Positions 1-12,620 of a DNA stretch of 64,000 bases are shown here, piece by piece. The first letter of the stretch is position 1; each line of letters opens with the position of its first letter. The notes beneath the pieces are model-generated. The model saw nothing but the letters and a program-made list of their open reading frames with translations. It did not search any database and was not told the DNA's origin. Source of the stretch: Octopus bimaculoides (lineage: Eukaryota); contig NC_068982.1 in NCBI RefSeq assembly GCF_001194135.2, positions 84,990,409 through 85,054,408 of the forward strand, in the 5' to 3' direction. Made by a program: the position numbers and the translations under genes.

Positions 1-19
1 TATATATATATATATATAT

Positions 20-205
20 GAGAGAATTTACGAAAAAACAACAGACGAAGACAGGTGGTGTAAACAACAAATGGATGTATTAGTATAACACTCGGGAATA
101 GAGAAAGTCTTTAATGTTTCGAGCCTACGCTCTTCAACAGAAAGGAACACAGAAAGAAACAAGGAGAGAAAAAAAATATAAGTGTAGTGGTCAGCGATCT
201 ATCAT
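20..205 (-). mobile_element. Penelope-type 3' tail/pLTR fragment containing a degenerate HHR
   Basis: Reverse-complement homologue of about 12450-12620, the 3' tail of the PLE at 9670-12620. Confidence 0.7.
109..144 (-). ncRNA. Degenerate minimal type I hammerhead-like motif (CUGUUGA variant)
   Basis: cttt-CTGTTGA-a-GAGC gtag GCTC-GAAAC-AT-T-aaag. Stem I (cttt/aaag) and stem II pair. Stem III has decayed from ACGT to ACAT. Confidence 0.55.
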
Positions 206-239
206 ATATTTTGTTTTGGGATTTGGTTTGTAAGATTCT

Positions 240-1200
240 TTAAGCGAGTTTGTATGTTGAAGCATATTCTGTTGCTATTTCTGGGATTATTCTCACAATT
301 GTTATTATTACCTTTATTACTACCAGCACCATTTTACCACTACTATTGTCATTAACATTACCGCTACTGCCACTGTTCTTGTCATTTACAGTATCATTTC
401 TGTTTATTTTGTCCTCCTTATTAATCTTAACCTTAGCCTTACTTATTTCATCATTACCTATTGTGTTCTGGTCTATGTCTGTCGAGTTTAAGTTTTCTAA
501 TTCCCTTAATATATAGGTGCTGTGGGTCACTATAATTAGTGCTAGGTTACTAGTAGTGGAGTAGGCAAATCTTATGGAGTGTTGGTTAAACAGTTTCCCA
601 TACCTACTTAAAGGAGGGAAATTTTTGTCTAAGGCTACAAAGAATTTCCTGGGAATGCTCGTACCTATTTGGACCCCAAATGGAGCATTGAACCAGATAG
701 TTTCTGTGTGTTTCTTTTTCTTATTCATCTTGTAGTGATCTATCTTGCACCTTTTCTTTCCTGCATTATTTAATTTATGTATATTGTGAATTGTGTTGTC
801 ATTGTACCTACCCTTGCTCCCATCTTGATCATTAGCTATGGTGTCTAATTCAAGTGTCCCCCTCATCCTATTTTGGCTATCTTTAAGTGAGGGTTTTATT
901 TCTTGTTTGCCTACAAGTGGGTCAGAAATCCCTTCCACTAGTCTTGCCTCTCATTTATATTTCATAATCTTACTATTTTTGCTAAATATTTGGGGCATCC
1001 TGCCCTCTGGTGGTCCTACAAGGTTATTTTTGGGGTTTGATTTTCCCTTACAACTATTTATCATATGATTAGTTGTGACTCCACTATTACCCCTCCTGCT
1101 TGTACCTAAGTTGGGTTCTAAATATGAGGTTATATCTTTTTCTGCAACTTGAGTTGCCCTGATGTATGTATTTGATTTTCCCACTATAACCAACCTCACT
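240..1200 (-). mobile_element. Penelope-like element fragment (RT thumb/linker region)
   Basis: ORF 240-938 contains WFNAPF...RKFFVALDKNFPP...KLFNQHSIRFAYSTTSNL, the PLE WFNPP...HKIFNRNTIKISYS motif. Confidence 0.8.
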
Positions 1201-1230
1201 TAATGCTATAGTAACCTACGTGCCTATTAA

Positions 1231-2304
1231 CCCTTTTGTTACTAACCCAGGCGTAGCCGGCCGAAAAATTTTTTGGTTCATAAGACCAACCCGCCCATAG
1301 CCGGCCGAGAGTACCCATTGTTATTTAAATGTATATTTGAACCCAAATCTCATTAGTATATTTGTTAAAACACATGATTTCACTTTGCAAACAGTTGAGT
1401 TATTGTATCCGACATTGTTTGGCCTGATATTTGAACTCAGTGAATTTTGGAAGATTTTTTTCCACATTTTTTGCGGCGTTAATTTTTTTCAACTTTGAAG
1501 ATGGAGAGGAGTTTCATGCTATCAAGCAGTGATTCCGAATTTGAAGGTTTTTCAACAGAAGATATGGAGATATCAAAGAAAAGAATGAATGAGCTACAAA
1601 AGCACATGGTGAATGATAATGAATCAGATATTTCTGTATCCGAAACTGAAAGCAGCGATTCTGAAAGCTGCAACGGCGACAGCGAGGATGATTTTACTCC
1701 AGAATGGAGTAAAGATTTAAAAAATATTTTTATTAACAATTTTTCTGAGGAGACAGGGTCTACCCATAGTCTTTCTCAGGAAGCGAAACCTTTAGACTTC
1801 TTTTTCTTATTTTTTCCAGCATGCTTGTTTGAAATGATTACTGCGGAAACAAACCGTTACGCAGAATGTAAACAAGCCGGAAAAAAAGATAGCTTGTGGT
1901 TTCCTACAACCGTAGATGAAATACGGGCATTTTTTGCCATAAATATTATTATGGGTATTAGACAGTTACCCAGAATAACAAATTACTAGAGCAATTAGGA
2001 ACCTTTTGGCGATGAATATGTTTCCAGTATTATGACGCGAATACGATTCGTGAAGCTGAACCAATATTTACATGTGAGAGACACTAGCAGTACCCCAGTA
2101 CGTGGAGAACTTTGAGACAAAAATTATGCAATAGAATTGATTAAGAACCCTTTCTTCAATTATGTTCCAAATATCACATTAATATGTTGATAAAGAAAAA
2201 AGTTACAGGTGTTTAATGAGACTAGTCTAAATTCACGATTATTTTAGAATTTAATTGAAACTCATGAGGGGTGTATTTTGGTCAGAAATATAGTAACGAA
2301 AGGG
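1231..2304 (+). mobile_element. piggyBac-family internally deleted element
   Basis: TTAA at 1227-1230 and 2305-2308. 14-bp TIRs CCCTTTYGTTACTA with 1 mismatch. ORF 1495-1989 and its continuation encode a PGBD-type N-terminus (PLDFFFLFF...ETNRYA...PTTVDEIRAFF...MG...RF). The catalytic DDD region is missing. Confidence 0.9.
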
Positions 2305-2436
2305 TTAAATATGTTCCCATTAGCTGATAACCGAGATATTCTAGCTGACACAACCCCTGTTGGGGTGTCACCATCATCATAATAGTTTTGGTATAACATC
2401 ACTCTGCAAATTTACTCTAATGTTTGAGACTGTCCC

Positions 2437-2519
2437 CAGGGTCAGATTTATAGGGGGTCAAAGGGGGCAATTGCCCCAGGTATCCACTAGACATAGGGCC
2501 CCTCTGTTATGAAGGGTAT
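2437..2519. repeat. Short dispersed repeat, inverted copy at 36070-36153 (possible non-autonomous DNA transposon end)
   Basis: caggg..gatttatagggggtcaaagggggcaattgccccagg... is near-identical to the reverse complement of 36070-36153. Confidence 0.55.
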
Positions 2520-2956
2520 CTAGTACTCAACACAGGAGGCTCCCAACTCTCAGTAAAATGGGGATTAAATGAAAAAAATGATTTACTTGAATATCCTCAC
2601 AAGAGTAATATAGACACGTGAGTCTATGTAAATATGTTTGTATACATTTATGTATGTGTGTGTTTGTAAGAGACAGAGTGTGAGGGAGAGAGAGAGGTTT
2701 GTTGTCATGTATACGTACATGCATAAATATACATACATCTTTGGATGTATGCATATGACAACACAGCTCTTGACTCACTCGCACTCTGTCTCTTACAAAC
2801 ACGCACGTGCGCACATACACACGTGTCTTTGTAAATATGTTTGTATACATTTATGTATGTGTGTGTTTGTAAGAGACAGAGTGTGAGTCAAGGGGTGTGT
2901 GTGTGCGTGTGTATGTGTGTGAGACAGAGTGAGAGAGCGGTGTGTATGTAGTATTT

Positions 2957-3944
2957 NNNNNNNNNNNNNNNNNNNNNNNNNNNNNNNNNNNNNNNNNNNN
3001 NNNNNNNNNNNNNNNNNNNNNNNNNNNNNNNNNNNNNNNNNNNNNNNNNNNNNNNNNNNNNNNNNNNNNNNNNNNNNNNNNNNNNNNNNNNNNNNNNNNN
3101 NNNNNNNNNNNNNNNNNNNNNNNNNNNNNNNNNNNNNNNNNNNNNNNNNNNNNNNNNNNNNNNNNNNNNNNNNNNNNNNNNNNNNNNNNNNNNNNNNNNN
3201 NNNNNNNNNNNNNNNNNNNNNNNNNNNNNNNNNNNNNNNNNNNNNNNNNNNNNNNNNNNNNNNNNNNNNNNNNNNNNNNNNNNNNNNNNNNNNNNNNNNN
3301 NNNNNNNNNNNNNNNNNNNNNNNNNNNNNNNNNNNNNNNNNNNNNNNNNNNNNNNNNNNNNNNNNNNNNNNNNNNNNNNNNNNNNNNNNNNNNNNNNNNN
3401 NNNNNNNNNNNNNNNNNNNNNNNNNNNNNNNNNNNNNNNNNNNNNNNNNNNNNNNNNNNNNNNNNNNNNNNNNNNNNNNNNNNNNNNNNNNNNNNNNNNN
3501 NNNNNNNNNNNNNNNNNNNNNNNNNNNNNNNNNNNNNNNNNNNNNNNNNNNNNNNNNNNNNNNNNNNNNNNNNNNNNNNNNNNNNNNNNNNNNNNNNNNN
3601 NNNNNNNNNNNNNNNNNNNNNNNNNNNNNNNNNNNNNNNNNNNNNNNNNNNNNNNNNNNNNNNNNNNNNNNNNNNNNNNNNNNNNNNNNNNNNNNNNNNN
3701 NNNNNNNNNNNNNNNNNNNNNNNNNNNNNNNNNNNNNNNNNNNNNNNNNNNNNNNNNNNNNNNNNNNNNNNNNNNNNNNNNNNNNNNNNNNNNNNNNNNN
3801 NNNNNNNNNNNNNNNNNNNNNNNNNNNNNNNNNNNNNNNNNNNNNNNNNNNNNNNNNNNNNNNNNNNNNNNNNNNNNNNNNNNNNNNNNNNNNNNNNNNN
3901 NNNNNNNNNNNNNNNNNNNNNNNNNNNNNNNNNNNNNNNNNNNN
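2957..3944. other. Assembly gap (N-run)
   Basis: Other gaps: 5346-5355, 6809-6908, 7472-7868, 12931-13153, 14297-14425, 24371-25014, 32800-33407, 34490-34890, 37041-37145, 40377-40405, 46377-46440, 52963-53644. Most border (TA)n/(TG)n tracts. Confidence 0.99.
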
Positions 3945-3949
3945 ATGAT

Positions 3950-6530
3950 GGCCGTCCACTCGTGACCGAGGAAAACCATTGCCAACCTTCAGGAACATTG
4001 TGTACTCTAGGACTAACTTATATTTTGCATCTGCAGCTCCGTTGGTGGCTAATGAGCCCTGCTCTTGACAAGCATACATGACTGCAAACATTGCAGACCA
4101 AGCTTTCCCCATTCACAGTATGAGCCGTGCGCTTTCGTGCAGCTTGCTTAAGTTCTTCATGCTGGATACGTGCTCTCTCAAAAGTGTCGATCCCCTCGTT
4201 AACCTGCTTCCTCCATCTGTGGTGATGACAGGCATTGTTCTCCCAGTCAGTGTCCTGCATATCACAGGCCTTTAATGAGGACTTGACACAGTCCTTAAAT
4301 CGCAGCCTTGGTTTTGCTGGAGTCTCCATTCATTCACAAGTTCTCCATAGAGCATCTGCTTAGGAATTCTGCTATCCTTCATTCTTATAAGGTGTCCAGT
4401 CCAACGTAACCGGTGCTTGTGCACCATTGCCTCAATACTCAAGATATTAGCTGTCCTCAGGACCTGTGTGTCTGGAAGTTTTGAGGTCCAGCCAACATTG
4501 AAAATGTGTCTGAGATATCTCTAATGAAAGCATTCAAGGACCCTTACCTGACGTTTGTACAGAGTCCATGTCTCACATGAGTAGAGGAGCGATGTCAGTA
4601 CACATGCACGGTACACAGCAACTTTTGTTTGCCTTGCGATGCCATGCTGGGACCAGACACAAGACTGAAGAGACCGGAAGGAATTAGTTGCTCTCTGCAA
4701 CGCGAAAGATATTTCCTCATCCAGGGAGCAAGAACAGCTGAGTGTGCTGCCCAGGTAGACAAACTTGTCTACTACCTTCAGAATTGTTCCTTCAACCAAG
4801 ATAGCTGCTTCCATATATGGATTTCCTGGTGCAGGCTGGAACATTACAACAGTCTTGTCCAGGCTAATACTGAGTCCAAATGCCTTGCAAGAAGCAGAAA
4901 TGCAATTCATGAGTATCTGCATGTCATCCACTGTATGAGTGACTAAGTCACAGTCATCTGCATAAAGGAGGTCATGAATAATAGACTGGAGAACCTTTGA
5001 ATTGGCAGCAAATCGGTGGAGATTAAAGAGGCGACCAGAAGATCGATATCTGACATATATTCCCAGAGAGCTAACCTTAGCAAAAGCATGAGTAAAAGCA
5101 GCAGCAAAGTACAAAGAAAAGAGAGTTGGGCAAGGATGTCACCCTGCTTGACACCATTCTCTACAGGAATGGGTCCCGCCATGCCACCATCCCATCATGA
5201 AATGATTTAATTATAGATACAAAGTGATCCGGACATCCAAGTTTGCCAAGTATTTTCCATAGAAAGGCCCTATTTACAGTATCAAAGGCCTTTGTTAAAT
5301 CAATGAATACCTGGACAGGATCCATATTCTGCTCATAGCACTTCTNNNNNNNNNNTGCCAGAACCTTGCCAGCAGCTGATAATAGAGCAATACCTCTGTA
5401 GTTACCACACATTGTTCTGGCTCCTTTTCTTTTATATAGAGGAAGAATAATTGCATCCTTCCAGTCCTTAGGGATTGCACCATCCCTCCAGACTGCACTA
5501 ATAAGTTCATGAAGGGACCGTGTGATGTAATTACCACCAAATCACAAGATCTCAGCACAAATTCCATCCTTTCCAGGTGCCCTACCAAGATTCAATTTAC
5601 TTATTGATGTCATTACTTCATCTATTGAGGGCGAGGAGTCTAAGGAGCCAATGATAGGTCTTTGTTGCATAGTATTAATCACTGTTTCATCCACAACTGA
5701 CTCATGGTTTAGGAGTTCAGAGAAGTGTTCGATCCAGCAACCTATGATTTCTGTTGATTTAGTAAACAGAGTGGAAGACCCCTAGGAAAGCAAAGGAGCT
5801 GATGTGGAGCTCTTAGGTCCATAAGCTCACTTCATAAGATGGTAAAGCTTCTTGCTGTCATTTGCATCAGCAGCAGCCTTGACATCACGAGTAAGATCCT
5901 CCCACCAAGTGTTCTGCATCTTCCTGAGAGATCGCTGCAGTAGTGATTTTACACAGTTATAGTGGGCAAGTGCTAGACTTCGCTGCACAGTAGACAGTTC
6001 TCTGTGTAGCAATACACTGTGGGCATGGCGCTTTACCGACAATAGTCGCTGAGTTTCATCATCATTCTCATCAAACCAGTCTCTGTGTCTGGCAGTAACA
6101 TACCCCAATGTTTCAGCTGCACATTGAACAACCTGGTCTCGAAAATCCTCCCATGCTGCAGCAGTTTCGATGCTGGACAGGCGAGTCTGAAGCTCTTTCC
6201 TAACAACAACATATACCTTGTGGACATTTAGACGGCGAGGAATGCTGACGTCCTCTTCCCTCTTTCGCCCTAATCACCATTCGGAACTTTGCTTGCACCA
6301 GACTGTGGTCTGTCCAGCATTCTGATCCATGCAAGGACTTGACATTACAAATGTCATAAATGTCGCACTTGCGGATGATGACATAATCCAACAAGTGCCA
6401 AACTTTGGACCTTGGATGCATCCATGTTGTTGTGTGATCACCTTTGTGCACAAAATGGATCAAGGTACACACAGAAGCTTGACTGCAATTTCACACAGTC
6501 CAGTATGTCAAAAGTGTTAACCTGGTGAAA
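3950..6530 (-). mobile_element. RTE-BovB-like LINE, 5'-truncated and decayed
   Basis: APE C-terminus (TWMHPRSKVWHLLDYVI...WTDHSLV), RT ([36 protein letters not shown]) and C-terminal CxxC...GLISHQRSC. Multiple stops and frameshifts. Confidence 0.92.
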
Positions 6531-6908
6531 TCCCTGCCAAACCAGATATAACATCTTAATGGCTAATAGTTGGCATGGGGAACATAGAAGATTTCAATAG
6601 GTCAGAGGTGGGCTTAACTTTAACACAGAAAACACAAGCAATGCCGGGTCCAACAGCTAGTATATATATACTCTTAATAATTTTTTTCATTCTTAATTTT
6701 TTCAGTCATAATGTTTTCATTCATATTTTTATTTTTATTGCTACGTTTGTAGAAATAGGTATTCTTGTATTTTTCTATTATTCAATTGATTTTTAATGAT
6801 AATTAAATNNNNNNNNNNNNNNNNNNNNNNNNNNNNNNNNNNNNNNNNNNNNNNNNNNNNNNNNNNNNNNNNNNNNNNNNNNNNNNNNNNNNNNNNNNNN
6901 NNNNNNNN

Positions 6909-7185
6909 TTATTTTTGGATTTATTATAATATTTGAAGGTTTTATAATACCTGTGTTTGCATGATGTTATCGCAACTAATCTATTATTTATTAAGTTATC
7001 TAGTTTATATAATAATATATTCAGCGATTCTAATGTGCATAAACGGCAATTTTTTGATTTATGTGTGTATGGTGTGGCAGAATCTATTATTGACCAGTCT
7101 AGTTTATAATTAATTTTATTTTTATTAAGTTTTTGTATATATGTAGCTAGTGAGGTTGTATTATTATTTGTATTTGGTTTAAAAG
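6909..7185 (-). mobile_element. Penelope GIY-YIG endonuclease C-terminal fragment
   Basis: TSLATYIQKLNKNKINYKLDWSIIDSATPY...CRLCTLESLNIL...LINNR...SCKHR. The AT-rich tail at 6675-6750 is homologous to 33408-33475. Confidence 0.8.
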
Positions 7186-7435
7186 AATGTATATGTGCCA
7201 GGTATCCATATACATATATGCACACACTCACACTCACGTACATATACATGCATATATACCCATGTATGAATACATATGCATACATGCACACACATGCACC
7301 CATGCACTTGTACGTCAGAGCATACATACACACATACATACACCCATTTACATGTCAGCATAGCTACATACAAACACGTACTCACATCTATGGATATATA
7401 CATACTTGTTTGTCAGCATATATGTGCACATATAC

Positions 7436-7471
<36 letters not shown>

Positions 7472-7924
7472 NNNNNNNNNNNNNNNNNNNNNNNNNNNNN
7501 NNNNNNNNNNNNNNNNNNNNNNNNNNNNNNNNNNNNNNNNNNNNNNNNNNNNNNNNNNNNNNNNNNNNNNNNNNNNNNNNNNNNNNNNNNNNNNNNNNNN
7601 NNNNNNNNNNNNNNNNNNNNNNNNNNNNNNNNNNNNNNNNNNNNNNNNNNNNNNNNNNNNNNNNNNNNNNNNNNNNNNNNNNNNNNNNNNNNNNNNNNNN
7701 NNNNNNNNNNNNNNNNNNNNNNNNNNNNNNNNNNNNNNNNNNNNNNNNNNNNNNNNNNNNNNNNNNNNNNNNNNNNNNNNNNNNNNNNNNNNNNNNNNNN
7801 NNNNNNNNNNNNNNNNNNNNNNNNNNNNNNNNNNNNNNNNNNNNNNNNNNNNNNNNNNNNNNNNNNNNGACTCTCTTTTGCCTTTTTGTTTTCTTTTTTT
7901 TTTCTTGGATTTTTTTTTTTTTTA

Positions 7925-8215
7925 GTTCATAGGGTTATGCTCAAGATGGCTCCGTCGTTCACACGTGCCATCCTTGCTACATTCACCCATCTTTTTTTGA
8001 AGCATTCACTAAACAAGACTTCCCTTTCTACTCTCACCTTCCTCTTCAGGTGATACTTGAAGAAGTTGATGAGAGATTGCCCAGAGAGGAAAGTCTTTGT
8101 CTCTAGACCTTTCAGACACGTCCACCATACACATTCTTTCGCCATAGCCACAAGTACGATGAAAATAGCTCTTCCTTCCCGTTTAAAGGAAGGAGGCGCG
8201 ACAATATTCACGATA
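7925..8215 (-). mobile_element. Tx1/L1-clade LINE ORF2 3' fragment
   Basis: AMAKECVW...FFKYHLKRKVRVER...KRWVNVAR resembles the ORF2 end at 52300-52500. An A-rich tail follows. Confidence 0.7.
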
Positions 8216-8222
8216 GACTAGA

Positions 8223-8656
8223 TAGATATATAAACACAAGGGTAAAAATTATTAAAAATGATAATTTATAGCAATGGTTAGTATGCATAAAATAGTCAGA
8301 AGACAAATATTTTTATAATATATATGAGTGTATAAAAATTTATACATGGAGAGAAGACCACTATGTGGATTTCTTACATGTTAAAAAGGGCAGTCAGATC
8401 CCAAACCACGAAAAAATGTCCTTCTCGCTTACAATCAATGTGCTATACATAAGGAAGTTTATCGTGGTTTGGGGTATGACTACCCTCTTTAGCATGTAGA
8501 AAGTCCACATAGCAGTCTTCTCTCCTTGTATAAGTTTTTATACTCTCATATATATTATAAAAATATTCATATCTTCTGACTTTTTTTACGCATGCTAATA
8601 ATCACTGGTATAAATTATTATTTTTAATCATTTTTACCCTTGTGTTTATATATCTA
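8223..8656. repeat. Long imperfect inverted repeat (arms 8223-8411 / 8462-8656) with a further direct partial copy at about 9040-9180
   Basis: The arms align by eye (tagatatataaacacaagggtaaaaa...cccaaaccacg). The spacer motif cttacaatcaatgtg recurs at about 9050. Confidence 0.85.
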
Positions 8657-9669
8657 AATATTTCAATTCTTGGGCCAGATAATTCATGGACTATTATGGA
8701 AGATTGAGATGAATGGGGAAAATGTGTGGAAACAGTCTTGGTGTGTCCTATGGGATGACCTAGATGAGATGAGATGAATTTATTCACTGCTGTTATATTC
8801 TGACTCAGCACATTGGTTGAGGACATTTGATTTGAATTCTTGATGTATAAAGATTGAATCAAATAAGTGCATGCTTACTTTGTGTTTTCGGTATGTATTC
8901 GAGTTTCATAATTATATATTTTCCAGTGACTCTACTAATGAGCCATGGATGGTTAATTAATCAATTAATTGATTTTTAAAAATTCTTAATGGTAAAACAA
9001 TGGGGTGTAGAGTTAACTGAGAGTTTTATTCTTTCAAGTGTTCTGCTCACTTACAATCAATGTGACATAAATAAGAATGTTTTTTTGTGGTTTGGGATTT
9101 GACTGCTCTCTTAGCATGTAAGAAGTACACATAGTGGTCTTCTCTTCGTGCATAAATTTTTATACACTCATATATATATATATATATATATGTTTGTATA
9201 CTGGCATGCACATACATTCATAAACATGTTACCATATACACGTATACATATGTACCTCCAATACATCACAACGTTTGAACCTTTTGAACTTATTTGAAAT
9301 TTCTGTTTTTTCTTACTGTTTTCTCTTAATCCATATGTTGTTACTTTACCTCTCTCTCTCTTTCCCTTTCTTTTCCTTTTCATCTTTTCTCTCCATTTCT
9401 TCTTTTTTCTTCTTCTTTCTCTTTTTTTTTTATTTTTCTTCTCCACCTGCCTTTTGAATGTTTTCTCCTAATGCCTTTTGAATTTTTTGAACTTTATACT
9501 CCGTATGTCATTACTTTGCCTTTCTCTCTCCCCTTTTTTAATCATGCCCGATTAAAAAAATATTTCCTCTACCACCTTCAACACCACCTAAAGAAACACC
9601 TTTCCACACTTCCTTTCCATTGCTTTCAACCTTCTATTAATCTTTCCCTACTAATTTAAAAAAAAACAT

Positions 9670-12620
9670 GGTTCTCTAGCCATGTTTCATTTCTCAGTCG
9701 TTGCCTCATCCCCAAAGGTTTCTGCCTCCATTTCCACCCCACTTTCCACTCTGTTTCAGTCATCCTACCCATACCCTGTACTACCTCCTACAGCCTTATG
9801 AGTGCCACCATTTGTTCCAATCTCTCCAAAATACACATCATCCATCATCGACTGCCTTCTCCTTCTCACTTATTCCATCTTTTTCTCCTCTCTTTCACCT
9901 TCCTATGCACACTCCACTCTACGCTACATAATCCATTTAAATCATCTCTTCCATGAATTTCTCACTCACACTAAACAATGTAAACTCCACTCACACATCC
10001 ATTCCGTCACACCCAATACAACTACCACCTCCTCCCCTAATATGCTCACCCCAACCCTCCAATCCCCCACACATTTACCCCTCTTCTCTGTCTTCCCAGC
10101 CTTCCACTACCCACCACCCCTCCCACATCTAACCCATCCACGCCCTCCCCACTTCAGTCTGTTGTTACTATTCTTTCTGATCTCCTCCTCTCTGAGGCAG
10201 AGCACTCTCTTCTCAGTGTGGGTCTGCACTTCATCTCCCTCACTCCATCCAGTAACGAATTTCAGACCCATGCTGATATTCATAGCTTTGTGCACTGTGT
10301 CAGGCTATATGCACTATTCCACAACACTCCACCTGTATCTAACAAAGAGGACTGCTTCACCAACCTGGAGTGCCGAACATCACACTGGACGCCAGCTCCT
10401 GACCAGTTCCAAGCAGTCGATCTTTTAGTGGGCATCTGTCAATGTGTTGTGGCCCAGTTTAACTTTCACAGGTGTCCCCGACATCTGAACATCTCCCCAG
10501 CCAAACTTTCAGCCCTTCGATGTCTCTGATGCCTCAAAGACATTATCATAAAACCGGCCGACAAGGGTGGAGTTGTGGTGGTGTGGCATGCAGACATCTA
10601 CAAGGGTGAAGCTCTCTGCCAACTTCAAGACACCTCCTTCTATTGCCCTCTGCCTTTCAACTCCTATCATACCTAGCTATCAACAGACTATGACCTTATC
10701 TCCTCCTCCCATCTCCCTCCCACTGCCTCCAACCTCATTGTCTGCACTACTCATACCCCTACCATTTACTTCCTTCTCAAAATCCACGAACCCAACAACT
10801 CTAGCCGCCCCATCGTCTCTGCCTGTAACTGCCCCACAGAACTGATCTCTAAATACCTCGACCATGTCCTTGCCCCCTTAATGGCTTCCCTCCCTTCAGA
10901 TATCTATGACACTAACCATGCTCTTTGTCTTTTCAACTCTTTTTCCTTCCCTCCTGGCCCCTCTAAACTTCTCTTCACTCTTGATATTAAGAGTCTATAT
11001 ACGACGATCCCACATCACAAAGGACTTCTTGCCCTCAAACACTTCCTATACCTTTGACCACATCCACACTTCTTCGTCTGGCCAAACTGCTTCTCTTTCA
11101 CAGTCCCACGCCCAAACTATACGGTCGTTATATTGATGACTTTATTGGTGTGACCTCACTATCCCGTGAACAAGTAGACTCCTTCCTCTCTTTTGTCTAA
11201 TCCTTCAATCCTGCCCTCGAATTCTCCTGCACCATTTCCAACACTTCCGTCACCTTTCTTGACATACACAATTCTGCTCTCACTACCTCCATCCACTACA
11301 AACACACCAACTCACACTCATACCTCAACTACTCCTTCTCCCACCCTACCCATACCAAGCTCTCCATCCCCTACTGCCAATTCCTCTGTTTGCACAAGCT
11401 CTGCAGTGACAACCATGACTTTGAGACTCAGTCTCAACTCATGGCTTGCCACTTCCTCCTTCGTGGATATCCCCTCTCCACTATCCACATTGCCCTTGCC
11501 AGAGTACGTTCCATGGACCGTGCTGCTGCTCTTTCTCCCTGCACCCACCCATACCCATCTCCCCTCACCTACCACCCCTCCAAATCACCATTCTCTGAGC
11601 CTTCCAGCAACTCCAGTCTGACCTCTCCACTTCGCACATCTTCCCCAACCTACCCCTTCCTTCCTTCAAACAAGCCCACAACCTACGTGACCTCCTGGTC
11701 CACAGTTTCTTCCCTAACCCCACCTCCCAACCTGGCTCGTTCCCTTGCTCCCACCCATGCTGTCACACTTGCCCCTACCTCTCCAACACCATCATCCTCA
11801 CAGGCAACCATCATTGTCCCTATCATATCACTGACTCCTTTACCTGCACTTCTAGCAATGTCATTTACTGCATCTACTGCTCTTTCTGTCTTTCTCTGTA
11901 TATCAGTCAAATGGGACGCCACTTGACTGAGCGGTTCACGGATCGCCTCCAAGACATTAGAGTCGGCAATGACACCCCGGTCTCGTGCAATTTCCACTCT
12001 ACCGGTCATTCATTACACCTATGTTTGGATTGTCTTTGCACAAGGGCCATCTGGACTCCCACCTTCACCATGAACAGGAATTAATCTTCTCTCTTCACTC
12101 CTTTGCACCATATGGATTTAAATTCCCTCCCCTCCTCTCCTCTCTTCTTCTGACACCTACTTCCTCTCTTCACTCCTACCCACCTTCTCCCTTCATTGAT
12201 ACCCCTCAATCCACACCCCACCCCACACATCCCACTTCCCCAGACTCCAACACTACCCTTACACATAAGCAATGACCACTTCCCAGCACCCACACCATCA
12301 TCCACACACCAACACATTAGATGCACACACACACACGCGCACACTTACACACTCTCACATACCTTTGTTTTGGGATCACCAGTACTTTGTTATCTCCCCT
12401 TCTTCCTCGCTCTCCTGTCTAACTGCCTTTATCCAGCCAGTTGTCATGATTGACCGCTAACTCCAAAAGTTTTATTATTCTCTCTGTTTATTTCCTCATG
12501 TTCCTTTCTGTTGAAGAGCGTAGGCTCGTAATGTAAAAGACTTTCTCACCTTCCCGAGCGCCAAACTAATACACCTGCTTGTTGTTTATACACCTGTCTT
12601 CATCTTGTTTTTCTGTAAAT
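9670..12620 (+). mobile_element. Near-full-length decayed Penelope-like element (RT + GIY-YIG + HHR tail)
   Basis: HVSFLSRCL.IPKGF (about 9680), IIKPADKGGVVVVW (10542), LLKIHEPNNSSRPIVSACNCP, LDIKSLYTTIP and SSNVIYCIYC...LYISQMGRHL (11851). Part of the RT is deleted. Confidence 0.9.
12504..12539 (+). ncRNA. Degenerate HHR-like motif in the PLE 3' tail (same family as 109-144)
   Basis: cttt-CTGTTGA-a-GAGC gtag GCTC-GTAAT-GT-A-aaag. GAAAC has mutated to GTAAT. Confidence 0.5.

Noticed and set aside
2793-4112. Long ORFs in the track that span N-runs (also near 7218, 12795, 24220, 32740, 34410, 52833)
   Set aside because: Artefacts of translating gaps and (TA)n/(TG)n/(CA)n microsatellites.
6638-6661. 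Helitron-like 3' end (gcaatgccggg...CTAG|t)
   Set aside because: The subterminal hairpin is degenerate and no 5' TC end or Rep/Hel sequence was found.
8895-8930. HHR-like motif CTGGAAA...GAAACTCGAATA (minus strand)
   Set aside because: Two core changes and no stem I pairing, so it is not called as a feature. It is noted only as a weak remnant.
9802-12453. Several Pro/Ser/His-rich ORFs
   Set aside because: Alternate frames of the C-rich decayed Penelope element, not host genes.
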